DNA from: a virus
Direction: 5' to 3' (one strand)
IMG/VR virus record: IMGVR_UViG_3300022307_000001
Coordinates: 1-48,173 of that record
Length of the DNA stretch: 48,173 bases
The notes beneath the pieces are model-generated. The model was given only the letters and a program-made list of their open reading frames with translations. It did no database searches and was not told where the DNA came from. The position numbers and the translations under genes were made by a program. Below are positions 24,291-32,251 of the stretch, piece by piece (position 1 is the stretch's first letter; each line of letters opens with the position of its first letter).

Positions 24291-24560
24291 TGCGTACGCC
24301 TCAATTTCCTCGGCGGTCACATAGGCCGCTTGTTTAGTCTTCGGCACCATCACAGACAATCTACCCTTGAAAGGCCCCGATTTTGCCTTGCGGAATTGCG
24401 CTCCGGTAACTCTCATTACCTGCCTACTGTCTCCTAGCCATCCGGCCTCGTATAGCCTAAAGTTTTCGGGTATTCCTCCCGGCAATTTAGCTATCTTGTT
24501 AAGGGCGATCTTTCCATATGTATATGTCGCGAAAATATCAGTAGTCATATCTGCTGCCAT
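24288..24560 (-). CDS. hypothetical protein
   Basis: 90-aa ORF. Confidence 0.55.
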   Translation of the reverse strand: MAADMTTDIFATYTYGKIALNKIAKLPGGIPENFRLYEAGWLGDSRQVMRVTGAQFRKAKSGPFKGRLSVMVPKTKQAAYVTAEEIEAYA

Positions 24561-24656
24561 AATTAAACCTCATAACCAAAAATTAAGCTGACTCGTTTTA
24601 CTCTGCGCTCCGTGTCAGCATTACGGCTCGCAGCTTATTCCGTTGTTATGCTACTA
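24561..24656 (-). repeat. stop-to-start intergenic palindromic element, copy g
   Basis: TAGTAGCATAACAACGGAATAAGCTG...CAGCTTAATTTTTGGTTATG. Closing stem is AAGCTG/CAGCTT. Here the GTTATG is not the start codon. Confidence 0.65.
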
Positions 24657-24920
24657 AGCTGGCTTAAAACCTATAGCCCTAGCCGCGTCCCTAACTTCTT
24701 TAAAGGTAAGTGTGGGGTGAACGTGATAATCTTCATTATACGAAAACCCTTCCTCTATCTCTAAAACGTCCATTAATTCCTTATCTAACACTTCCTCGTA
24801 ACAGGCTTGAACCAAGTTCCATATAGCCCTACTTTGTTCTTTGTCCAGGTTAAGTGGCATAACCAAATCATTCACGCAGACCGTTGCCTCATCCTTTGTC
24901 TGGTTCTCTTTATCAGTCAT
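24654..24920 (-). CDS. hypothetical protein sharing its N-terminal leader with 31131..31409
   Basis: 88 aa. MTDKENQTKDEATVCVNDLV compared with MTEKKQQTKDEATVCVNGLV. Confidence 0.55.
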   Translation of the reverse strand: MTDKENQTKDEATVCVNDLVMPLNLDKEQSRAIWNLVQACYEEVLDKELMDVLEIEEGFSYNEDYHVHPTLTFKEVRDAARAIGFKPA

Positions 24921-24977
24921 AATCTAGCTCCTTATTAGTTTCTGTTTGGTAGTTGCGGCTGGTGATGCAGGTTGTTA
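24858..24977 (-). repeat. 120-nt leader cassette (element variant with RBS and first 20 codons), copy 1
   Basis: Ungapped hand alignment to 31347-31466 gives 93 of 120 identities. It runs from the upstream stop codon through AAGGAGC-ATG to ..GTGAATGATTTGGTTATG. Confidence 0.75.
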
Positions 24978-25475
24978 CACATTCCTCAAAGCCCTACCCC
25001 TAATCTGCTCCATACTTTCTTCCTTGACCGGCCTGAAACAATCTTTTGTAGGCTTAAACCTAGCTTTTAACATACTGACATCTATACCGGGACAATCATC
25101 GTGCATATATCTTGCACAGTTATTGTTGCAGTTTACCGGCCTTGTTTCCTTTGTCACGCCCTCTTGTGGCTTTACTTTCTTGGCGACTACCTGCTTCTCA
25201 ACGACTGGCTCCCGTTTTTTTTGCCCCTTGTCGATCCTGTATCGGTGTTGGCGGCAATCTGCTGAGCAGTATTTAAATTTGGCCTTTTTACCGCAAACTG
25301 GGCACTTGGTATTCCTTCTTTTTATATACTCGTTGCCCCAAGCAACTATTTTGTCATTGTCGTTATCGAGCTTGTTTGCCATATGTCGCATTGTTGTTAT
25401 CTCACAACCGAAATAGGCTGCGGCTTGTGCCATTGTTTTCTTTTTGCCTTCTATTGTGATTTGTTTTCCTAACAT
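24975..25475 (-). CDS. putative DNA-binding protein (HTH plus Cys-rich zinc-finger region)
   Basis: 166 aa. KKTMAQAAAYFGCEITTMRHMANKL is HTH-like. CPVCG..CSADC and later Cys pairs. Confidence 0.5.
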   Translation of the reverse strand: MLGKQITIEGKKKTMAQAAAYFGCEITTMRHMANKLDNDNDKIVAWGNEYIKRRNTKCPVCGKKAKFKYCSADCRQHRYRIDKGQKKREPVVEKQVVAKKVKPQEGVTKETRPVNCNNNCARYMHDDCPGIDVSMLKARFKPTKDCFRPVKEESMEQIRGRALRNV

Positions 25476-25490
25476 TTTATCACCTCGTTA

Positions 25491-25787
25491 TTACAATTCA
25501 AATTCCATGTCGGTGTCTATGTTGGCTGTTATTCTGGCCCCATGAAGCGTTTCAAAATAACCAATCCAGAATGGAGATATCGTGCGCTCTCCTTCATCGG
25601 TCAATAGTGTCAATTCGTATCGCTTATCAAAGTCTGGGTGGTCTTTGCACTCTATGTAATGTTTTTTTATTCTCTTAAGATTTTCTTTAGCTTTTTCTAA
25701 GCTGGTAACAGGATTACATAAAGGCTCTGTTGATCTTTCTGAACCAAAGCTACTTCCAGTAGTATAGTCTATGTCAATGTCATACAT
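25491..25787 (-). CDS. hypothetical protein
   Basis: Start at 25787 (MYDIDIDY) after GAGGGGAG. The upstream track codons belong to a repeat element. Confidence 0.55.
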   Translation of the reverse strand: MYDIDIDYTTGSSFGSERSTEPLCNPVTSLEKAKENLKRIKKHYIECKDHPDFDKRYELTLLTDEGERTISPFWIGYFETLHGARITANIDTDMEFEL

Positions 25788-25918
25788 GGTATTTTCTCCC
25801 CTCGTTAAACAAAGCGGCAGACACACAGCGGCACATCAATACTCTGCGTATTGTCCACACCCGTAGGTGGATGCCCTGATTTGATATACTTGTCATGTCT
25901 GCCGCTTATCTCGTTTTA
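25788..25918 (-). repeat. stop-to-start intergenic palindromic element, copy h (large)
   Basis: Perfect 12-bp closing stem AAGCGGCAGACA/TGTCTGCCGCTT. GATAAGCGG...CCGCTTTGTTTAAC parallels copy k. Confidence 0.6.
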
Positions 25919-26308
25919 TACCTTGCTGGCAGAAAAAGGAATATCCTCGCCCATTGAGTCGCTTGCCTGGTGGCCGCCTTGCCTTTCCCCGGTGCTTTCC
26001 TTGGGAGAAAGAATTTTCATGGTGTTGACAATAATCTCTGTGGTGTATCGCTTGTTTCCGTCTTTATCTTCCCACTGGTTTGTTTTCATTTCGCCCTGGA
26101 CAAAAACCTTCTTGCCTTTACTCAAGTATTCCCCAATCACTTCCGCAAGCTTGCCGAATGACACACATCTGACAAATTCAGTTCCTTTGTTGTCGCCAAA
26201 GCCTACATCGACGCAAACGGTATATTTAGCTACTGCGTTTCCAGCCGCAGAATATCTAATTTCTGGATCAGCTGAAAGATTCCCTATTCCTGTAAATTGA
26301 TTAAACAT
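25916..26308 (-). CDS. ssb: single-stranded DNA-binding protein
   Basis: OB-fold N-terminus is NQFTGIGNLSADPEIRYSAAGNAVAKYTV...FVRCVSFGKLAE. Acidic C-terminal tip is DIPF. Confidence 0.85.
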   Translation of the reverse strand: MFNQFTGIGNLSADPEIRYSAAGNAVAKYTVCVDVGFGDNKGTEFVRCVSFGKLAEVIGEYLSKGKKVFVQGEMKTNQWEDKDGNKRYTTEIIVNTMKILSPKESTGERQGGHQASDSMGEDIPFSASKV

Positions 26309-26320
26309 TGTATTTCTCCT

Positions 26321-26578
26321 TTAGTCTTTTATTGGTGTTATCGCCATACAGACATGGCTTTGCTGTAATCCTCCGAAATCAGAGAGGATATAGTTTATGC
26401 GGTAGTCTGGTATGGTTAAGCGTACTGAAAAGCAATTATAATTATCATCTTCCAGCGGTATAAATTGTATCGTGTCGCCAACCTGAAAATCTCTATCGTT
26501 TTTCCTTACTTCAAAGGTCTTTATACCTTCCAATATGTGGATTAAATAACATTGCTTTATCTTTAAACAGTGTATCAT
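26321..26578 (-). CDS. ASCH / DUF3850-like (PUA-fold) protein
   Basis: HCLKIKQCYLIHILEGIKTFEVRKNDRDFQVGDTIQF matches the DUF3850 pattern H.LKi...yF..i..G.KtfEiRkNDRdf.vGD. Confidence 0.6.
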   Translation of the reverse strand: MIHCLKIKQCYLIHILEGIKTFEVRKNDRDFQVGDTIQFIPLEDDNYNCFSVRLTIPDYRINYILSDFGGLQQSHVCMAITPIKD

Positions 26579-26614
26579 ATCTACCCCCTTTCGTTTAGTT
26601 TTCTTGTTTAAATG

Positions 26615-27958
26615 CTACCTAACTGGTCTGTGCATGGTCATTTTGCTCTCAAACCTTGTAAGACCACCTTTCCATATTAAATCAACTGACCCTGTTGGCC
26701 CGTTTCTGTGTTTCCTTATCAATATTTCAGCTATGCCTTTAAGTGGATTATGCTCCGAATCATTATAAACCTCATCGCGGTAGACGAAAGCTACAACATC
26801 AGCGTCTTGCTCTATTGCTCCTGAGTCTCTTAAATCAGACAACAGTGGCCTTTTGTCGGTTCTGGACTCACAACCCCTGTTTAATTGAGAAAGTGCTATA
26901 ACGGGCACCTTTAGCTCTTTAGCCATAGCTTTAAGCTCTCTTGAGATAATGCTTGTCTCTTCTTCCTTGCTTCTTGCTTTGGTGTGGCTTAGTTGCAGGT
27001 AATCAATCCAGATTGCTTTTATGTCGTACTTTTCCTTTATTCTTCTCGCTCTGCTTCTGATGTCATAAGGGCTTAGCCCTGCCGAATCATCAATAAAAAT
27101 ACCCATATTAGCCAATATTCTACAAGCGGCACGGACTTGTTCAATTTCCTCTTTGTTCAACTTGCCGTTTCTGATCTTAAATGAGTCTATCTTTGAAATG
27201 GAAGAAATAGCTCTGAATACTAAAGACTCGTCGTTCATCTCCAAACTAAAGATTGCTTGGTTATTCCCTGCCTTTGCCGCATTTTCGATTATGTTCATTG
27301 CAAGGGCTGTCTTGCCCATGCTTGGCCTGCCGGCAACAATTATCAGGTCGCTTGGTTTTAGTCCAGTAAGAATAAAGTCTAAATCGTCGTAGCCGGTTTC
27401 CATGCCAAGCGCTTTGATCTCTCCACTTGCCAGCTTTTCTATTTGTGACATAACTGAACCGATAACCTCGCCAATATGCTTAAACCCTTCCGATTTACGC
27501 CTGACGGATGATTCATAAACAATCTTCTCAAGTTCTTCTGTCATCTCGCTTGGAGAGTCGCCGTTATCATTATAACATTTCTCGGTTATCTCTTGCGCCA
27601 TTGAAATAGCGGCTCTTAAATCTGCTTTGTGCTTTATTATCTTTGAGCCAGTTCTAACACCGGAAATTGATGGTATGCAATCAGACAAGAACGAAACATA
27701 TGCAGCCCCACCGCATAGACCAAGATTGCCGTGTGTTTCTAATTTATTGGTTACGCTTACGATGTCTATGTTGTCTCCTTCTTCATGGAGGGCCTTTACC
27801 GCTGCGAATATGCCCTGGTGTGCTGGTTTGTAAAAATCTAATACTTTTAAATGGCTAACAACATGAAAGGCACAGTCGTCATTCATTAAAGCAGATCCCA
27901 ATACCGCCTGCTCGTATTCAATATTTTGCGGCGGTAGCCTATGCGCTAAGTTTTGCAT
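26615..27958 (-). CDS. dnaB: replicative DNA helicase DnaB
   Basis: PPQNIEYEQAVLGSALM N-terminal domain. Walker A is GRPSMGKTALAMN. Walker B region is AIWIDYLQL. The start at 27958 follows AAGAGGAAT. The maximal ORF extends to 28018. Confidence 0.9.
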   Translation of the reverse strand: MQNLAHRLPPQNIEYEQAVLGSALMNDDCAFHVVSHLKVLDFYKPAHQGIFAAVKALHEEGDNIDIVSVTNKLETHGNLGLCGGAAYVSFLSDCIPSISGVRTGSKIIKHKADLRAAISMAQEITEKCYNDNGDSPSEMTEELEKIVYESSVRRKSEGFKHIGEVIGSVMSQIEKLASGEIKALGMETGYDDLDFILTGLKPSDLIIVAGRPSMGKTALAMNIIENAAKAGNNQAIFSLEMNDESLVFRAISSISKIDSFKIRNGKLNKEEIEQVRAACRILANMGIFIDDSAGLSPYDIRSRARRIKEKYDIKAIWIDYLQLSHTKARSKEEETSIISRELKAMAKELKVPVIALSQLNRGCESRTDKRPLLSDLRDSGAIEQDADVVAFVYRDEVYNDSEHNPLKGIAEILIRKHRNGPTGSVDLIWKGGLTRFESKMTMHRPVR

Positions 27959-28754
27959 ATAATTCCTCTTTTGTTTTATCGGCCCCGGATCTGCCGGATA
28001 TGTGAATAGTTTTTGCACCGTTCCCTTTCATCTTCATAAACAGCTGGTCATATTTTTCTCTTAGCTTTGAAGTTGATAAAATGTTTTGCATCCAAAAGGA
28101 ATCAGTTTGTGCAAACTTAATAACATTCTTAATCTCTTCTGGGTTTCTCCCGTCTAGCCTGATCATGTAGTCGATGATTTTTGCCCATCCTTGAACGTTA
28201 CAAACTTTGGCTTTTGAAGATGAATTGTTTTTAATAATCCAGTTTTTTAAATACTCTGCTAATCTGATTTCGATAGAATCAGATGAAAATGTTTTGACGT
28301 TGTTATCTTTTAATTCTTTTAACTTCTTTTGTAATTCTTTAATTGTTTCCAGTAATCGTTTCTCCTGCGTTTCTTCCGCGTTACTTTCCGCTGTGTCGAT
28401 AGATTGGTATGTGTCCCATTTTATTACATAAATAAATGTTCCATTGGCGTTACTTTCTGAACCTATCATTCCTTGCGACTCAAGCCAGTCAATTACGACC
28501 TTAATGGTCTTTTTGTTAGGTATCCTGTCTTTCCCCCACTCAAGCCACATGACTCCTTTTGCAATCAAATCATAACTGGTTATTAGCTGACCTGGATTAA
28601 TATGTATCCCAAACTTTCTAGGTGTGGGAAATACTTCCTTTTTCCATTTAGCTTTCAACAGAATCCATTTCCATACTCTCCCATAAACCGGTGGCATAAC
28701 CCATATATCGCTATCTAGTTCTCGCCTATATTGTTTTATGTAACCACGATCCAT
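27939..28754 (-). CDS. replication initiator / replisome organiser (DnaD-like winged helix)
   Basis: 271 aa directly upstream of dnaB. IPNKKTIKVVIDWLESQGMI looks like a wHTH, and the C-terminal domain is helical. Confidence 0.55.
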   Translation of the reverse strand: MDRGYIKQYRRELDSDIWVMPPVYGRVWKWILLKAKWKKEVFPTPRKFGIHINPGQLITSYDLIAKGVMWLEWGKDRIPNKKTIKVVIDWLESQGMIGSESNANGTFIYVIKWDTYQSIDTAESNAEETQEKRLLETIKELQKKLKELKDNNVKTFSSDSIEIRLAEYLKNWIIKNNSSSKAKVCNVQGWAKIIDYMIRLDGRNPEEIKNVIKFAQTDSFWMQNILSTSKLREKYDQLFMKMKGNGAKTIHISGRSGADKTKEELYAKLSA

Positions 28755-29323
28755 TATAGGCCTCTAGTATATCTTATCCACTTTTTAAGTTTTTGTACTC
28801 CTTCTTGGTAGGCGATAGAAAGCGTATCTCTTATTGATTCTAGGTCCTCTGCAGTCCTATACCACCCACTTTGCTCTGTGAAGGTGATACCAGTAGACAA
28901 ATCTATATCGTAAGTATATACAGAAATATCCTTGTTAAGATCCAATATCCAACAGACATCATTACTGTCGATTTCATTCCCAATTAATACCATTGACACT
29001 TTTAGTTTTACTCTGGACAACAACTTAGGTACTCCGTAAGCGTCTATAGACCTATTTATCGCTGCATTATATCTAGCAATTTGGCCTAATGCTGCATAGT
29101 TAATATTGTCTTTCTTTAGTTCAACAATAGTAATTTCGACCATATGACCAGACGGATCACTATCAGCATCACACACAAGAAGGTCTACTACCCCGTACCC
29201 TGGTAAAGCAACTTGGCGCATAGGCTTACCTGATATAAAAAGATCACCATTTTCGACATACCCACCTGTTTCAAGCTCATTAAATAAATAGTCTTCCAGC
29301 TCCACTTCTAGTATTTCAGCCAT
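28754..29323 (-). CDS. PD-(D/E)XK nuclease (NucS/DUF91/DUF4263-like)
   Basis: GYGVVDLLVCDADSDPSGHMVEITIVELKKDNINYAALGQIARY fits G.vDLl..d..g...v.vElK.....a.gQ..rY. Confidence 0.6.
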   Translation of the reverse strand: MAEILEVELEDYLFNELETGGYVENGDLFISGKPMRQVALPGYGVVDLLVCDADSDPSGHMVEITIVELKKDNINYAALGQIARYNAAINRSIDAYGVPKLLSRVKLKVSMVLIGNEIDSNDVCWILDLNKDISVYTYDIDLSTGITFTEQSGWYRTAEDLESIRDTLSIAYQEGVQKLKKWIRYTRGL

Positions 29324-29341
29324 TTACCTTCCTCCAAAACG

Positions 29342-29432
29342 CAAAAAGCAACTCGAAAGGTTCGCTTGACTGTGGACTAAGAACCACAACCGGACTAAAT
29401 TAACCGGCTTCAAACCCTTCGAGCTGCTTTTT
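29342..29432 (-). ncRNA. Y-shaped structured RNA / atypical terminator in the 5' region of the nuclease gene
   Basis: On the minus strand a 20-bp closing helix, AAAAAGCAGCTCGAAGGGTT / AACCTTTCGAGTTGCTTTTT, has two G-U pairs that would be A-C mismatches on the other strand. It encloses two hairpins (AGCCGG..CCGGTT and TGTGG..CCACA) and is followed by GCGTTTTGG. Confidence 0.5.
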
Positions 29433-29528
29433 ATTTTCTGAATCATATTTTGCCTTAGTTTTTTTAGAATTACATCGGGTGTGTCAAGTCCGATAAACTA
29501 CATTATCATATCAATTTTGTTTGTGCAA

Positions 29529-29717
29529 CTATTTCATATCCTGGTTGACAGTTTTTGCATTGTCCATAATGAGCCACCTTACAAGGTTTACCAAATCCCT
29601 TTTGTCGTGCCTCTCGCCAACAAGTTTTAACGCCATTACATCGGCTGCATACCTGTCCGGGTCTTCGCATCTCATCGGGTGGCTTGCCTTAATTTCTTCT
29701 TCATAGGTAAATTGCAT
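29529..29717 (-). CDS. hypothetical protein
   Basis: 62-aa ORF with AGGAGAAG RBS. Confidence 0.55.
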   Translation of the reverse strand: MQFTYEEEIKASHPMRCEDPDRYAADVMALKLVGERHDKRDLVNLVRWLIMDNAKTVNQDMK

Positions 29718-29726
29718 AATCTTCTC

Positions 29727-30035
29727 CTATTTATCATATTTTATACCGTGCTTTTCCTCAAGTATTTCAAGGAACCTTTGCTCAGTGTAAAAGTTCTTTT
29801 CCCACTCTTCCTGGCCGTCATGTATAGCTACACCAAAGCCGCCATCTTTGTGATGACCAGGGCATATCGGCAATACTATTTTGTGGTTTCTCTGCCCTAT
29901 CCCTAGCCCATCTCTGACGTGATGGATAATAGCTGGCGTTTCAACTCCGAGAAATTCATGGCATACGATACAGCCTATGGCAGCTACTTTGTTCATGTGC
30001 CTTTTTTCTGCGGAGGTTGCTTTAGCCATGTTCAA
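29727..30035 (-). CDS. Ref-like HNH nuclease (recombination enhancement function family)
   Basis: AEKRHMNKVAAIGCIVCH...IIHHVRDGLGIGQRNHKIVLPICPGHHKDGGFGVAIHDG matches the Ref/HNHc_6 pattern. The ATG at 30029 is the likely start. Confidence 0.6.
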   Translation of the reverse strand: MNMAKATSAEKRHMNKVAAIGCIVCHEFLGVETPAIIHHVRDGLGIGQRNHKIVLPICPGHHKDGGFGVAIHDGQEEWEKNFYTEQRFLEILEEKHGIKYDK

Positions 30036-30181
30036 GTAATTTCTTACCTTTTAGGCGTATTGGTGTGGTTTTGCGGTATTCTTTAGCCATAGGTGCTATG
30101 TTTGTGCTAATATCAGGGCGAATGTGCCTGTTTTTGTCTTTAATATCTAATATCAGGTCGTTTAGCCTTGCTAATCAATGG

Positions 30182-30403
30182 TTATACGGCTGCCAATTTC
30201 CTTATAGCCGGCGTAACTCCTATTGAATTACTAAATCCCTGCATAACGGGGACACCAAACTGGTGCGCATGTTCCACAGCTTCGATACGGGTTTTAAAAG
30301 TATCTATGTGGTCGTTATTAAATTCTTTTACATGCCCGTAAACTTCCCATATTGGATTTTCTTCTGACCCTCTGTTGACAAAAGTCATTAAACAATATTT
30401 CAT
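30182..30403 (-). CDS. hypothetical protein
   Basis: Start at 30403 (MKYCLMTF) after AAGAGGAAA. The upstream stop and this ATG are embedded in GCGTAAC...TTGTTATG. Confidence 0.5.
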   Translation of the reverse strand: MKYCLMTFVNRGSEENPIWEVYGHVKEFNNDHIDTFKTRIEAVEHAHQFGVPVMQGFSNSIGVTPAIRKLAAV

Positions 30404-30422
30404 AACAATTTCCTCTTGGTGG

Positions 30423-30641
30423 TTACGCACCCTTAATCTCGACACCGAGGCACAAATCTTTGTCACTGTACCCGATGTCATCAAATTCAAGGTGTGTGTA
30501 TTCAGTCTGATAAGGGTATGGGTAAGCTAATTCTTTCAGTCTTTCTGGAGGCAACGCCGTTCTTATCCGCAATTCGATGTTAAAATCGTCATCAAGACCT
30601 TTGGTCAATCTTCTAAAATCACCGAGCGTTTTAATTTGCAT
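30423..30641 (-). CDS. hypothetical protein
   Basis: The ATG at 30641 lies within GGATGATTGGTTATG. Confidence 0.5.
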   Translation of the reverse strand: MQIKTLGDFRRLTKGLDDDFNIELRIRTALPPERLKELAYPYPYQTEYTHLEFDDIGYSDKDLCLGVEIKGA

Positions 30642-30718
30642 AACCAATCATCCACTTGACCGCATGAAGTCAGCCGCTTCCCCCGGTCTTAGGTGGGCGG
30701 CAAGTGATTAGGGTGTTA
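30642..30718 (-). repeat. stop-to-start intergenic palindromic element, copy b
   Basis: TAACACCCTAATCACTTGCCGC...GCGGTCAAGTGGATGATTGGTTATG. Near-identical to copy a. Confidence 0.75.
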
Positions 30719-31030
30719 TCTTCCCAACAATTGGCATATCTCAAACTCGATTTGGTCTAGCTTTGTTTTGGCAAGTTCCAGCAATAAGTTAGGCACTGCG
30801 ACACATCCGGCCAGCCCGTTGATGTAGATTTCCTTCAAGTTCGTGCTGTCGTCAATTTTACCTGATTGGCCGGTAAATATCATGCGGCCAGCGTTGCGCT
30901 TTAGAAACAATATATCTTCTATAGCATTTGTAACTTCGGCCCTAGCTTTGATAAGGGAATTAATTTTATTTGCTTTAGTGATATGTTCATCAGCCTTCAC
31001 CTTTAATAATTTTATGTTCGTATCGTCCAT
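30716..31030 (-). CDS. hypothetical coiled-coil protein
   Basis: Start at 31030 (MDDTNIKLL) after GGAGGTAG. Confidence 0.5.
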   Translation of the reverse strand: MDDTNIKLLKVKADEHITKANKINSLIKARAEVTNAIEDILFLKRNAGRMIFTGQSGKIDDSTNLKEIYINGLAGCVAVPNLLLELAKTKLDQIEFEICQLLGR

Positions 31031-31133
31031 AACTACCTCCGTTAATTTCAAGATAACCAAGTTAATCAAGCGGATGTAATTACCGCCCGTTTGTTTCTGG
31101 CACGCTTTACACGCACCGCTTATTACAGCGTTA
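31031..31133 (-). repeat. stop-to-start intergenic palindromic element, copy k
   Basis: GCTAACGCTGTAATAAGCGG...CCGCTTGATTAACTTGGTTATC. Closing stem is AAGCGG/CCGCTT. Confidence 0.6.
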
Positions 31134-31409
31134 GCTAGGTGGGAGAAAAAGGTTGTAGCCATCGCTAACCAGATGATTAAATCTTTGTTTCTGTATTGAC
31201 CTCACTGTATTTCTGAAAACCAGATCGTTGTTTTTTGCCATGTCATCAAGAGTGTCGATGTCATCGAGATAGCCCCAAAGCCAACCAACCATATTTCTCA
31301 ACTGATCAACGTCTACAATATCTTTGAGTTTTTTGCCAAAATTATCGCTAACCAAGCCATTCACGCAGACCGTGGCCTCGTCTTTTGTCTGTTGTTTCTT
31401 CTCAGTCAT
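31131..31409 (-). CDS. hypothetical protein sharing its N-terminal leader with 24654..24920
   Basis: 92-aa ORF. See the leader cassette features. Confidence 0.55.
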   Translation of the reverse strand: MTEKKQQTKDEATVCVNGLVSDNFGKKLKDIVDVDQLRNMVGWLWGYLDDIDTLDDMAKNNDLVFRNTVRSIQKQRFNHLVSDGYNLFLPPS

Positions 31410-31468
31410 TGTCTTGCTCCTTGTTAATTGTTATTTGGTAGTTGCGGCCGGTGATGCAGGCGTTATGC
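31347..31468 (-). repeat. 120-nt leader cassette, copy 2
   Basis: Pairs with 24858-24977. It begins GGCATAACGCCTGCATCACCGGCCGCAACTACC. Confidence 0.75.
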
Positions 31469-31669
31469 CTCCGGTAATGATAGCATATACATTGAATAAA
31501 TTAGTGGCCCTAGCACAAGATTAGCAAGAGCTACAAATGTCGCTAATGTCTGATATTTTTGCAGGCCAATAAGTTCTGGAAAGAGCCACATAGAAACAGC
31601 GCAAAGAAAGAAGATTCCGCAAACAACTATGTCTGTTAATCTCCTAAAAATATATTTCAAATAAGGCAT
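31463..31669 (-). CDS. small membrane protein (two predicted TM helices)
   Basis: Start at 31669 (MPYLKYIF). Hydrophobic runs are VVCGIFFLCAVSMWLF and LATFVALANLVLGPLIYSMYML. Confidence 0.5.
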   Translation of the reverse strand: MPYLKYIFRRLTDIVVCGIFFLCAVSMWLFPELIGLQKYQTLATFVALANLVLGPLIYSMYMLSLPEA

Positions 31670-31749
31670 AACAATAAATCCACTTGACCAGGTTGTGCCT
31701 TGGGTGCCGGTGCTGGTCATTCACTGGCTGGCAAGTGATTAGGGTGTTA
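31670..31749 (-). repeat. stop-to-start intergenic palindromic element, copy c
   Basis: TAACACCCTAATCACTTGCC...GGTCAAGTGGATTTATTGTTATG. Confidence 0.7.
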
Positions 31750-31932
31750 TATTCTATTAACAAGTATCTCAAATACAGACAGGCTTTGGTCTATTCTGGC
31801 CACCAGCTTTCCTTCTTCTGTGTAGTAATTTGCAAATCTCCCCGCACCCAAATCATCTGTACATTTTGCTTTGTGGTTATTAATTGCTCTGTTAAATTTC
31901 TTTTCACTCGTTTGCTCAAAATGACTATCCAT
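31747..31932 (-). CDS. hypothetical protein
   Basis: 61-aa ORF after GGGAGGTAG. Confidence 0.5.
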   Translation of the reverse strand: MDSHFEQTSEKKFNRAINNHKAKCTDDLGAGRFANYYTEEGKLVARIDQSLSVFEILVNRI

Positions 31933-32035
31933 TATCTACCTCCCGTAAGGTAATATAACCAGGCGTTTCAGCCGAGTCGGCAGGCTTGTTCTGTTTTTCT
32001 TCATGTTAGTAGGCTCCCTGCTGAACTTGTTGTTA
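31933..32035 (-). repeat. stop-to-start intergenic palindromic element, copy l
   Basis: GATAACAACAAGTTCAGC...GCTGAAACGCCTGGTTATATT. Closing stem is TTCAGC/GCTGAA. Confidence 0.55.
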
Positions 32036-32251
32036 TCTGTACAAATCAACATAGTCGCCAAATTCGGCATCGAAAACAGCTATCAGGTTTTCATAGCCTC
32101 CGCTGGTCATTCGCTTGTTTATATCTTCCGTATCTTTGCCAAGTTGACGGCTAAGTTTTGCGGCAATACCAAGCAAGCAAAAAGCATTACCTTGGGGTCC
32201 GTTCAGATCTACTTCCATCTTGCCAGTTCTTTTCTTTGTCTTAATAGCCAT
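32033..32251 (-). CDS. hypothetical protein
   Basis: Start at 32251 (MAIKTKKRTG) after GGAGGAGAGAG. Confidence 0.55.
   Translation of the reverse strand: MAIKTKKRTGKMEVDLNGPQGNAFCLLGIAAKLSRQLGKDTEDINKRMTSGGYENLIAVFDAEFGDYVDLYR

Noticed and set aside
24946-25416. 156-aa + strand ORF
   Set aside because: It is antisense to the HTH/zinc-finger gene 24975..25475, which has a plausible domain layout and operon context.
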